Source: Macrostomum lignano
Taxonomy: Eukaryota
DNA length: 64,000 nt
NCBI GenBank assembly: GCA_002269645.1
Contig: NIVC01000391.1
Coordinates: forward strand, 248,001-312,000
Reading direction: 5' to 3'
In this document: piece by piece, positions 11,870 through 24,865 of the stretch
Position numbering within the stretch: the first letter of the stretch is position 1
Layout: each line of letters starts with the position of its first letter
Position numbers and translations under genes: made by a program
Notes under the pieces: generated by a model
What the model was told of the DNA's origin: nothing
Database searches by the model: none
The model's input: the letters and a program-made list of their open reading frames with translations, nothing else

Positions 11870-13130
11870 GGCCAGGGGGAGAGAAGCCAGGGTCAGGGGA
11901 GGGAAGCCAGGGGTCGGGGGAGGGAAGCCAGGGGTCGGGGGAGGGAAGCCAGGGTCAGGGGAGGGAAGCCAGGGTCAGGGGAGGGAAGCCAGTGGTCAAG
12001 AGGGAGAAGCCACGCCAAGGTCAGGGGAGGGAAGCCAGAAGTCGGGGGAGAAGCCAGCGGTTAGGAGTAAAGCCAGGGGTTAGGAAGGAGGGAAGCCAGG
12101 GGTCGGGGGAGGGAAGCCAGGGTCAGGAAAGGGAAGCCAGGGTCAGGGGAGGGAAGCCAGGGTCAGGGGAGGGAAGCCAGGGTCAGGGGAGGGAAGCCAG
12201 GGTCAGGGGAGGGAAGCCAGCGGTTAGGAGTAAAGCCAGGGGTTAGGAAGGAGGGAAGCCAGGGTCAGGGGAGGGAAGCCAGGGGTCGGGAGAGAAGCCG
12301 GGGTCAGGGGAGGGAAGCCAGGGGTCAGGAGGGAAAAGCCAGGGTCAGGGGAGGGAAGCCAGGGTCAGGGGAGGGAAGCCAGGGGTCGGGAGGGAAGCCA
12401 GGGGTCGGGAGGGAAGCCAGGGTCAGGGGAGGGAAGCCAGGGGTCGGGAGGGAAGCCAGGGTCAGGGGAGGGAAGCCAGAAGTTGGGGGAGAAGCCAGCG
12501 GTTAGAAGTAAAGCCAGGGGTTAGGAAAAAGGGAAGCAAGGGGTCGGGGAGGGAAGCCAGGGTCAGGGGAGGAAAGCCAGGGTCAGGGGAGGGAAGCCAG
12601 GGGTCGGGAGAGAAGCCAGGGTCAGGGGAGGGAAGCCAGGGGTCGGGAGAGAAACCAGGGTCAGGGGAGGGAAGCCAGGGGTCAGGAGGGAGAAGCCAGG
12701 GTCAGGGGAGGGAAGCCAGGGGTCGGGAGAGAAGCCAGGGTCAGGGGAGGGAAGCCAGGGGTTAGGAGTAAAGCCAGGGGTTAGGAAGGAGGGAAGCCAG
12801 GGGTCACGGGAGAGGGAAGCCAGGGGCCAGGAAGGAGAAGCCAAGGTCAGGGGAGGGAAGCCAGAGTCAGGGGAGGGAAGCCAGAGTCAAGGGAGGGAAG
12901 CCAGGGGTCAAGGGGAGAGAAGCCAGGGTCAGAGGAGGGAAGCCAGGGGTTAAGCGTGCAGCCAGGGGTTCGAAAGAAGGGAAGCCAGGGGTCAGGGGGA
13001 GAAGCCAAGATTAGGGGAAGGAAGTCAGGGGTCAAAGAAGGGAAGCTAGGGGTTAGGATTGAAGCCAGGGGTTAGGAGGGAGGGAAGCCAGGGTCAGGGG
13101 GGAGAGAAGCTAGGGTAGAGGGAGGAAATC
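11870..13130 (-). repeat. GA-rich ~19-21 bp minisatellite (inverted copy of 2800-3950 array)
   Basis: Units GGGAAGCCAGGGTCAGGGGA. Confidence 0.95.
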
Positions 13131-14062
13131 CAAGGTTAGGGGAGAGAGGAACTAAAGAAAGGAAAATAAGTCAAGGATCAGGTATTTTATATAAAATATA
13201 TTGTAGGCTTAGTTTTATAGTTTGTTATTTACTCTAGGCCTAATGCCCATGGTATACATAAAGTAGATACATAGATAAAACTAAAATTTTAAGGCTCGTA
13301 TCTAGTAAGTTAGCTAAATCTATTCATTAAGTCAATAAGCTAGGCTTAGTGCTCAATAAGGCTTTCCTACATACATATGGCTGTAGCTAAATAATAGAAT
13401 TTCATTGAATTGAAGCCTTTTTATAATTGAATAAAAGCAGCTTATAAGTTACTTCTCATAATATTAGACCTACATTTACATTTCAAATGCCTGTATTATT
13501 AATTAACTGACAACGACAAGTCAAGTGACAGGCTTTAAACTATAGAACAAAATTACTTAAGCAATCACATAATAATGCACAAGGAATTTAAGAAAAGCTC
13601 CTTTCATTTATCTTGTACATGGAGCCTTCACTTATTTAGTCTAGGCCTAGTGCATAGGCCAGCACAGCAATGCACAGTAGCCTAGCACAACAAATATGCC
13701 TTAGAAGCTTTTGTTGAACGTTGAACACAGGAACCCTCATTCCTGTAAATTTAGTTTTTAAATTACACATGCAAGCGAATTAATATTAACAAACGTCGAT
13801 TTTTCTAATGCAAATTGTTATTAATAACACCCGTGAAAGCTTTCAATTAATAGTTGATACACTCCCATTTGATTGTATGGGAGCGCGCTTTGGGCCCGTC
13901 TAGCCGGGAGAAGCGAGAGCTCGAGAGCGCGCTTTCCTGCCGGTTAGCCCGATGATTTTGTAAGCTTTTGGCCCGGCTAGCCGGTTGTCGTCGGGTGCTA
14001 TTTGTCGAATGCTGCTTACTGCATGCAACGAGCGTTAAATAGCTGAAAAACGCAGTTACTCC

Positions 14063-14190
14063 ATTGGCTGTCAGCAGGGAGCATGCTCCACGATTAACTA
14101 GCTACACTTTGCTGGGAGCACGGGAGCATGCTCCAACCCCTAGCGGACTACCCAAGTTAGAGCGTGCTCCAAGCTAGCTAGCTATCTGAG
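14063..14190 (+). promoter_or_regulatory. putative transposase promoter module (CCAAT box plus three GAGCATGCTC-type palindromes)
   Basis: ATTGG at 14063-14067; palindromes at 14079, 14124 and 14160; lies ~40 bp upstream of the transposase ATG and is conserved in inverted form at 1600-1713. Confidence 0.4.
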
Positions 14191-14227
14191 CCTAGGTGAT
14201 ATTTACTGTCTCACTGGCTGCTGCGCT

Positions 14228-15347
14228 TCCTCGCGTTGTTCTTGCCATGGAATCTGAAAACGAATACGCAGAAATTTTCACTGATGACGACTTGCTGGAG
14301 TCGCTAGATGGAGTCGAGGACGAGATTATGGAGGAAGAAGGCGAAGAAGCAGAAGAAGAAGAAGAAGAAGGCATGCAGACAGAGGTAGTTGGTGATGTAC
14401 CAGAGTGGCAGTTTGTTCAGGCTGGAATGGATGCTGTGCCGAATGAAGCCGAGTTTCTGGGAACACCAGGGGTTCGCCCAGATTGGAGGCCTCCAGCTTC
14501 AGCTGATGGAAACGAAGAGGAGTTTCTGCGTCTATACCTCACTGATGGAATTATTGCAAGCGTGAAAACCTGGACGAATCGTAGGGCGTGGAAGATATTC
14601 GAGGAGTGCGCTGACGAAGAGCAGTTGCCGAAGCTGGTAAAGAACTGGAAAGATTGTACAGACGATGAGGTGAGGAAGCTGTTCGGGATTGTTCTGTTGA
14701 TGGGCCTGGACAAAAAGCCGGAGATCAGCAGCTACTGGAGCCAGGACCCTGTTTTCCATTGCTCCTTTCTGTCAATGCCCAATGCCCTCTCGAGAGATAG
14801 GTTCAAGCAGCTGCTTTCCTGCCTTCGTTTCTACGACTGCACGGATGTTCAGGAAGGGCCCTTGGCCAAAATCCAGCCATTTCTACACCAGCTGCAGCAG
14901 GTGTGCAGCAACAATTACATGCCGCGTCAGCACATTTCCGTGGACGAAACGCTCGTCTTGTACAAGGGGCGTCTGCTGTTCAAGCAGTACATCCCGACTA
15001 AGAGGAGCAGATACGGTGTCAAGCTGTACTGCCTGTGCGAGTCGGAGACTGGCTACTTGTGGAATTTCGCAGTCCACTCTACGGAGCACGCGAATGCACA
15101 GTTTGGACTGGGACTCGAGTGCGGCGGCCTCTCTATTAGTGAGCGAATTGTGGCCGAGCTGTGCCGTGAACTCCTGCACATGAATTATAACGTGTTCACG
15201 GACAGCTGGTTCACGTCGCATCGGCTGGCCGTTTGGCTGCTAGCGAATGGAACTCGGCTGACCGGCACTGTGCGCAGCAATCGAGGCGTCCCTGTCTCAC
15301 TCGCCCAAATTGAGTCTCATTCCGCACCAGTGCCAGGCAGGGGCTAG
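14228..15347 (+). pseudogene. piggyBac (PGBD-type) transposase, C-terminally truncated
   Basis: Acidic N-terminus, FLRLYLTD, LSRDRFKQLLSCLRF, SVDETLV (D1), KRSRYGVKLYCLCES, VFTDSWFTS (D2), LTGTVRSNRG. Similarity stops at ~15308; no YNxxMGGVD (D3) or Cys-rich domain follows. Confidence 0.88.
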
Positions 15348-15607
15348 TTATCCCTGTTTCCAAGCTGTAGGCAACCCTAACGCTAACCCATTTCTAATTT
15401 AATGTCAAACTCTCCCCTCGTCGCGCTGTAGGGACTCGCGCCGCAAGTTTCTTCTGTACAAGTATCAGATTTTATAATTCCATCCCAGCTTTATCTGTCC
15501 GCTTGTTTGTAGCACCCAGATTTTTTGTGCACTTGTTCGCTTTCACAGTTTATTGCAGCAGTGTGTGGCTGCTCAATTCATCTTGTCTGCTTTTGTGCAT
15601 TATAATC

Positions 15608-16860
<1,253 letters not shown>

Positions 16861-17224
16861 TTGTGTCTTAACGTACGTCTGCTTTAGTGTCTTAATGTTA
16901 GTCTGTCTTTCTGTCTGTCTATTCTACAATTATGATACAAACCTCTAACTGTTCCACTCTTTTCGTGCTTACTCAATGTTGCTTACAAGTCTTGTTTTGT
17001 GCAGTCCCAAACTCAGTTTTTTTAGTTTTGCATAAGTTTGTTGTCATAGCATTCTTTAAGCAAACAAATGTATTGTAAATCCAACGTTATGTGTCAAAAG
17101 CCAACCAATTTGTTGCTGCAAATTCAGGCAGACATTTGTTATTTACTGTCAGTTTACTCGAGTGGAAGTAGAAATTAAAATTTTGCAAGTACTCGTAGAT
17201 GAAGTAATTAATCATGTCCTTGCA

Positions 17225-18270
17225 TCCACCTCACTCCGACACCCTCCCCTCACTCCAACACCCTCCCCTAACTCCAACACCCTCCCCTCACTCCAACACC
17301 CTCCCCTCACTCCAACACCCTCCCCTCACTCCAACACCCTCCCCTCACTCCAACACCCACCCCTCACTCCAACACCCTCCCCTCACTCCAACACCCTCCC
17401 CTCAATCCAGCACCCACCTCTCACTCCAACACCCTCCCCTCACTCCAACACCCTCCCCTCACTCCAACACCCACCCCTCACTCCAGCACCCACCCCTCAC
17501 TCCAGCACTTACCCCTCACTCCAGCACCCACCCCTCACTCCAGCACCCACCCCTCACTCCAGCACCCACCCCTCACTCCAACACCCACCCCTCACTCCAG
17601 CACCCACCCCTCACTCCAGCACCCACCCCTCACTCCAACACCGACCCCTCACTCCAACACCCACCCCTCACTTCAACACCCACCCCTCACTTCAACACCC
17701 ACCCCTCACTCCAACACCCACCCCTCACTCCAACACCCACCCCTCACTTCAACACCCACCCCTCACTCCAGCACCCACCCCTCACTCCAACACCCACCCC
17801 TCACTCCAGCACCCACCCCTCACTCCAACACCCACCCCTCACTCCAGCACCCACCCCTCACTCCAGCACCCACCCCTCACTCCAGCACTTACCCCTCACT
17901 CCAGCACCCACCCCTCACTCCAGCACCCACCCCTCACTCCAGCACCCACCCCTCACTCCAACACCCACCCCTCACTCCAGCACCCACCCCTCACTCCAGC
18001 ACCCACCCCTCACTCCAACACCGACCCCTCACTCCAACACCCACCCCTCACTTCAACACCCACCCCTCACTTCAACACCCACCCCTCACTCCAACACCCA
18101 CCCCTCACTCCAACACCCACCCCTCACTTCAACACCCACCCCTCACTTCAACACCCACCCCTCACTCCAACACCCACCCCTCACTCCAACACCCACCCCT
18201 CACTTCAACACCCACCCCTCACTTCAACACCCACCCCTCACTCCAACACCCACCCCTCACTTCAATACCC
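17225..18270 (+). repeat. 18-bp C-rich minisatellite (CCCTCACTCCARCACCCA)
   Basis: Directly visible tandem units. Confidence 0.96.
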
Positions 18271-19157
18271 ACTTTTAATCGAGCCCTCATTTAATACTCG
18301 CGAAACCGCGAACCAGAGTGCTGAGCTGAGCTTTCACACAGTGAGAACTAATGTATATTGAACACAAACTGAGCTATCCGTAAGCAGATGAACAATCACG
18401 ATTTACAATCAAAATCACGATAAGTCACTTGAATAAAAAACAGCCCGATGAAAACTGTCGCTCAATCGATCTATACGCGTAAAGATAATTTGCACAAGTA
18501 AATAACGAAAATAATAATCAACAGAAAAATGGAAGAGTTATGGAGCATAATATCAGACTGCGTATTACCGGTAGAAGTCGAATGTTTTCAATGAATCCCA
18601 ACTTATACTAATTGATTTCATGAGATATTTTCGGCCAGCTAACTGCTGTCCGGATCTACTACTGTAGTCACTGGAGTCGCAATTGAAATATAAACTGGCA
18701 TCGATATTTTGCAATAGAATCATTTTGGCGAGTTTTTGAGCAAAAATTGTGAGCCAATGACTGCTGGTTAAAGGAAAGTACGAGCTTATTCACTTGAAGT
18801 TGAAAACTACGCACTTTTTAAAGGCCGATCTTGCTTTAGAATGAGCGAGCATATTAAAGAGACAATTCTCGTGCCCACAATTCCCAAATGATGTGGCTGC
18901 GCACCAATTTAAACCACGGAGAAACTGCTCTGCCTTCTCAAACTTTTATCGACTGAACAGCTCTGCTCTCTGCAGCAAGACCAATCCAATGCACGTTCCT
19001 TATATGAAAATAATTCAATAGTTTTGACTGTACGGTAAAATGTTTAATTATCCAACTTTGAGCTGAAAGGCAGACAATTTCTAGAAATTCGGCCTTCAAT
19101 TACGAGCCAATTTTTTTCAGAAATTTTGAAATTTCGCTGCGTCCTTGCTAACATCAA

Positions 19158-22100
19158 TCACCGAGTCGAGCCCGCGACCTCAACTCCGGTGTTGGCCTCA
19201 GCCGCCTCCTGCTCAGCTCCGGCTGTCAGGTTGTCCACCGACGCTGACCTTCCCGAAGTCGGCGACACCGAGTTCGGGATTGGCACCGACAGGTAGCGCC
19301 GCTCCAGGGACGGCTTCGGCAGAGTCGCTGGCGGCGTTGGCTGCGGCACGGGCGTCGTCGGCGACTGCACCGGCGTCGGTTGAATCGATGAGTCCTGAAC
19401 CGTCGATGCAGCTGGCGGCGCAGGCGGGGGTGGCCGAGGCGGCGGCGGCACGGAGGGCGGCGGCGGCCGCGGCACAGCCGGTGCAGATGGTCGACGCGGC
19501 TGCTGCCGCTGCGGCTGCTCCGCCGAAGTCAACGACGACGACGTTTTCGTCGCCGCCTCGTTATTCGTCGGATGCGGCGGGACCGCTGGGCCGCTGCGCT
19601 GCTGAATTGCGGGGCTTTTGGGCACTGACTGCGCCTGCGGCTGCGTCACCGTGGCGTAGACGTCTGGAGTGGCGATTGCGTAATTGTCGTCATCAAACGC
19701 TGAGGGGTCCGCGTTTTCGTCGTCGCTGTCGCTGCTGCTCCGGTTGGCCGCGTAGCGCGGGCAGCGACCGCCGCCATCCTGGGCAACTGCGGCGGCGGGC
19801 GACTGTAGGCGAGCCGTCATGTCGGCAACGAAGTCGGATTTGGCCTGGGGGCGGTGAGCGGCTGAAAAGCTGAAGCGCAGTGTAGCCTGGCCGGTGCAGC
19901 TCCGGGCGCCGAACTCGATGCGGACAATTTCGGCCATGTGGCCGAAGCTGAGCGGAAATTGGTTAAAATTGTGAAAATGCGCATTTAGTCTACTGTGAGT
20001 AGTTAGAAAAATTGCCAATGTCCGGAAATTCTCTTGAGAAATTCAAAAAGAGAGCAATTGAAGATTATTTTGAAGTTTTAAAGGCATAAAGTTTTAGAAA
20101 AAAAACAATGCTAATTAACTACTTATAGTACACTGGAGTGTGAAGTCTCATGCCAAAAATGGTATATTAATGACAAAAAAGGTACAAAAGGAGGTAACAG
20201 GTTCACCCAGCAGGCGCTCCCTCATGAGTTTGCTCATGAACTTAGTCAGACTCATAAACTTGTTAACTCCCCAATGAAGTCATTCGCTCACTCACCACAG
20301 CCCAACTCATTCACCGTAACAGTGAAGATGACTGCTCACTTCTATATCTGCATTTGCTTCCTTGCCGCTGTAACACCTGCAACTCTATGAAGGCGATCCT
20401 GCATACAAATTTACCACATAACGGGAGCGAGCGGCAGCTCACTAGAAGGGCGGTAGGCGAGCCAAAATGAAAAAAATTTTAACCCGCGGGTAAATTTTCA
20501 GCTCACGGGACCGCGCCGTACTCAAGACGCAGACAATTGTGCACAATAGCCCAGTGCAAACTGCTGTACACTGAGCTGAACATCTCACAGTGTCAATGCA
20601 GTACTGAGCCATTGTAAACAGCTCCCCAGGTGCACACTGTGGCAACCTCTGTCTCATCGCGGCAGCCCGAATTTCCGTGTTGTTGTTTTAGTAAAAATGA
20701 ATCTCTTCTATAGACAAGCATTCTCTCTCCTTTCTCTCTCTCTCTCTCTCTACAGGTGATCCTTGAGCTTGAGCAGAAGCATGACTCCGAGTTTCCTAAC
20801 TTAGACTTGCAATTAAACTTCGGCAAGCCCGTTTGTACTTAGCCAACTTTTTTTCAAGCATTCCTTGCCAAGCTGCCGTGCGGACAGGCCAGGTAAATGC
20901 AGCAATTCAGATATGTCTGCTATTATGCACTGGCACTTTATCTGGCTGGCACAGCCGGCAATGCTCAACACATGTGCAGGCTGCGAGTTCTTGTAGAACG
21001 CATTGATTAGTTGGACTGCATAGACTGGAGATTAATCTCTGTGATAAAGTATGGAGTCGCTAGGGGACTGATAACCGAAGGGGTCCAGGAGTGCGGGGTG
21101 GATAACCGAAGAACCTATAGACTGTGGTAGCACCGTAGAACCAAAAGACCCAGGGGTCGAAGATGTGGGGGGGGGGGGTAATCAAATGACCCAGCGGTAG
21201 ACAGCGGACCGCCAAAGGACCCAGAATAGAGGGGCGGATAACTGAGATACTCTGAGAGAGGCGGATAACCGAGGGACTTTTAGAGGGGCGGATAACCGAG
21301 GGACTTTTAGAGAGGCGGATATCCGAGGGACTTTTAGAGGGGCGGATAACCGAGGGACTTTTAGAGGGACGGATATCCGAAGGGCCCAGGAGTAGGGGGG
21401 GGCGGATAATCAAAGGGCCCAGGAGTAGTAGGGGGGGGCGGATAATCAAAGGGCACAGGAGTAGGGGGCGGATAATCAAAGGGCCCAGGAGTAGTAGGGG
21501 CGGATAATCAAAGGGCACAGGAGTAGGGGGCGGATAATCAAAGGGCACAGGAGTAGGGGGCGGATAATCAAAGGGCCCAGGAGTAGGGGGGGCGGATAAT
21601 CAAAGGGCCCAGGAGTAGGGGGCGGATAATCAAAGGGCCCAGGAGTAGGGGGCGGATAATCAAAGGGCCCAGGAGTAGGGGGCGGATAATCAAAGGGCCC
21701 AGGAGTGGGGGGGGCGGATAATCAAAGGGCACAGGAGTAGGGGCGGATAACTGAAATAAACTGGTAGCCTAGTAAAATCCGGGAAGCCCAACCTTTTAAT
21801 CCTGGTGTAGGGCCAGCTGCACAGCAGCCGGCAGTGAGCGTCATCACTCAGCAGTTCCAGCTGTCCGTCAGCCATGTACAGCTTCAAATTGTCGCCCTCG
21901 TGAAAGCCAAAGCGAGCCGGAGCCTCCGGCCAGCCTTCATAGCTGTCCAGGCGGACTGTGAAGCACCGATCTGAGAGGGTGTCGGGGGGGGGGTTCGGGT
22001 GTTCATCACAGGCACATAGAGCGCCATTGTTCGCGAATGGCCTGCTCTAAGAAACTGCGGGACTTGTTTTGAAGCTTTCTTGGCTAAATTTAGTGAAGGT

Positions 22101-23390
22101 GTAACTCGTCACGCAAGTCTCCTGCACTCGCCAATGCGTTTGTATTCATAAATAGAAACTTCGTTTTGGGTAACTTTTATAACCCCAACTTCTCTTAAAA
22201 AGTGTTGCGCCAAGTCCCTGCCTTAATCGAGTCGATTACTGCCAGCAAAACAGACAGAAATGCAGTAAAGAAATTTAATGCCTCTCTTTTTAAACGATAG
22301 GGAAGAGCGTAAACTTTGCGTAACAGTCTCTTGCCATTGACTAACGATTTCGCAGCGATGTCTATGGTAGAAACTAATTTAATGTTCACTCAAACCAAAG
22401 ACTAAGAAGCACACACCTGGTCCGCTATGATATTTCTCTGAGATTATCTTCCAGTTTCTAAGATTATATACGAGTAAGGAGCCAGTGTCAGATCAATATT
22501 TAGAGCCTGTTTTGCGCTGTGCTAAAAAGAATACTAGAATGTGCATATGGCATAGATTAGCATTTACAGTACATGTAACTTACTGTAATTCTAAGCGCTG
22601 TGAAACTAATCTTAATTGATTGTGAAGAGAAATTGGTAGAGAATGAATCATTATGACGTCAGACATGATAATTTGCATGTACATGCCTTCGTAGGGGTCT
22701 TTGCCTTCTACGCCTCTAAAGCTAAAAGTTTGACTGGGAAGATATTTTGGAATGAGCAATGAAACATTTCCATTTAAACCCACTGTTGTCGAAAGACTCA
22801 AAAGCAACAATTTCAATGTTGAAAAACTCGGAGCTCGCGTTGAACTGAACTTCTTCGTCTCCGCCAACTGTTGCATACTCGCCGCCGTTGAACTCGGTAA
22901 AGTCAATTGAAGGCACCGGATTCAAGTGCCTCTCTGTTTGCCGCAAATCCGGCTGTTGCTGCTGCAGGGGTTCACCAGGTACACCTGGCGCGCTCACTGA
23001 TAGCTTTCTTTGCCCCCCGACATCGCAAGCTCGGCGCAACGTCTCGAAAAACAAAACAAATTCATTTTCGTCTTGCATGGAAAACAAATATGATGACCGC
23101 ATTACTGGCCAGCGATTGCGAATTCCAACCACCTGATTTGGCGGTGGAAATTTTCTTTTTTTCTTTGGCTCCTTAAAATCGGCGAGGTTAATGGTTATGT
23201 TTTTTCCAACACCATCCGAACTGCCGCTACTGCTGCTTTCATGTCGCTTTAGTGGTGAGGCAGCTTTAGCTGATTTCTCATAGCTGATATGAAGCTTGCG
23301 AGATGCTTCATCTACATTAACTGTTGCCGGGTACCATATCTGAAAAATCGATAAATTTTGAAAAAAAATTGTGTATTGTTTCGTAGCCAT
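19158..23390 (-). CDS. DOK/IRS-family adaptor: PH-like domain, IRS-type PTB domain, Pro/Tyr-rich tail (~524 aa)
   Basis: Exons 23390-22784 (donor least certain), 21970-21793 and 19947-19158; GT-AG with consistent phases 1 and 2. The spliced product reads LLCSWPYTRIKSFGHMAEIVRIEFGARSCTGQATLRF, matching the DOK PTB pattern WPYxxLRRFG...FEAGRRCxSG. Confidence 0.72.
21230..21750. repeat. ~25-29 bp minisatellite with GGGGCGGATAA core (DOK-like intron 2)
   Basis: Units GGGGCGGATAATCAAAGGGCCCAGGAGTA and GGGGCGGATAACCGAGGGACTTTTAGA. Confidence 0.93.
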
Positions 23391-23887
23391 AGTGCTAAAA
23401 AATTACGAATTTATGCATTGCCCTCTCTTTCAAAGTTTTCTGGGTCCGCACCGAAAAAGAAGCTTTAACTTCCGACTAGTACGACTAGTTAGTACGACTG
23501 TAAAAAACTAAAGAAAACGTTTTAGCTGACAATTTTTCTTACCGACGATGAAGAACCCTTAACAGCATTGGTTTGAATCATTAATGTGAATTCTTTCTTG
23601 TCCATTATGTTCGTTTTTTGTGGATAGCTGCGTTTCGAATGAAAATCTAGATTGAATTTTGTCAGCGCACGCTATTTTATTGACGATTAGAACTTGTGGT
23701 TCGAGGAAAATGCCAAATTCGAATAAAACCCCAAAATTATTTAAACCATATTAGCTGAGCTTTTCAAAATATGATAAAACTAGATCTAAGTAAAAACTGT
23801 TAATAGTTTTAAAGTAATAGAATAACGTGTCTTCAAACTGATAATTTGTTTAAACATGTAGCCACGAAATTTAAAATAGGCCTAGTC

Positions 23888-24266
23888 GGGTCTCCCTAAA
23901 ACACGCACCGCACCGCCCCGACCGCTACACATTATAACATTTTTGTCAATGCAGTATTTTGATTGCAAAGAAAACTATTTGTTGTAAGAGTAACAGAATA
24001 ATTAACTTTAATTATTACCTTAAATATTATTATTATTTTTCATATTCTTGTCTGCATTACTAAATTATATTATTATTATTTTATTAATATTATTAATTGT
24101 ATCACTTATTATACACCGAATTTAATATTTCAATGTAAAAAAAACTATATTTTATAATAGCTTAAAGCTTAACATAAAACGCATTTTGAAATGTCTTCAG
24201 TTATAGTCCAATTTGTTTTAACGTGTAGCGCTGTGGGGCGGGGCGGTGCGTGTTTTAGGGAGACCC
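23888..24266. mobile_element. Mutator (MULE)-type MITE with 9-bp TSD
   Basis: TIRs GGGTCTCCCTAAAACACGCACCGC.../...GCGGTGCGTGTTTTAGGGAGACCC, AT-rich interior, exact 9-bp direct repeat GGCCTAGTC at 23879-23887 and 24267-24275. Confidence 0.82.
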
Positions 24267-24701
24267 GGCCTAGTCACGTCATGTAAATAGTTACATCGTG
24301 CTTTCTTCTTCGGCCTCACGCAGGCTTGTTTAAATGACATGAGTCTGGTAGTAGTGGAATTTACCACTGGCCATAACAAATGTGGCATCATTATTAAAAA
24401 CGGGGTATATTTTACATATTTTGTTCTATGGAGACATTGGTGACTGGTCATTGGTCTTCGACTTAGGTCTAAGTTTTCGAAATGATTGAGCTTGAGCTTT
24501 AGGCTTTAGCCTTGCCCTTTATTCAGCAGATTGTTTTTATGAAAAATTGAGCATAAAAAACTAGCTGCAGTTTTAATGCCTGAAACTTTACTTTCAAAAA
24601 TGCTATATCTAGCCTATCAAGATTTAGGTCTTGATATCAGAATAGCAAAATATATAGCTTAATTATTTTAGCCTTTGGCTTTAGAGCCTTAGAATTAGAT
24701 C

Positions 24702-24865
<164 letters not shown>

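Larger units (their letters stand above)
10975..14190 (-). repeat. right arm of long inverted repeat (partner 1600-5400)
   Basis: Reverse complement of the left arm; both arms give the identical ORF start MHHFLLQTLHSHHF (4247+, 11512-). Confidence 0.93.

Noticed and set aside
15373-15389. Telomere-like AACCCTAACGCTAACCC near the transposase breakpoint
   Set aside because: Only about two imperfect units; compatible with chance.
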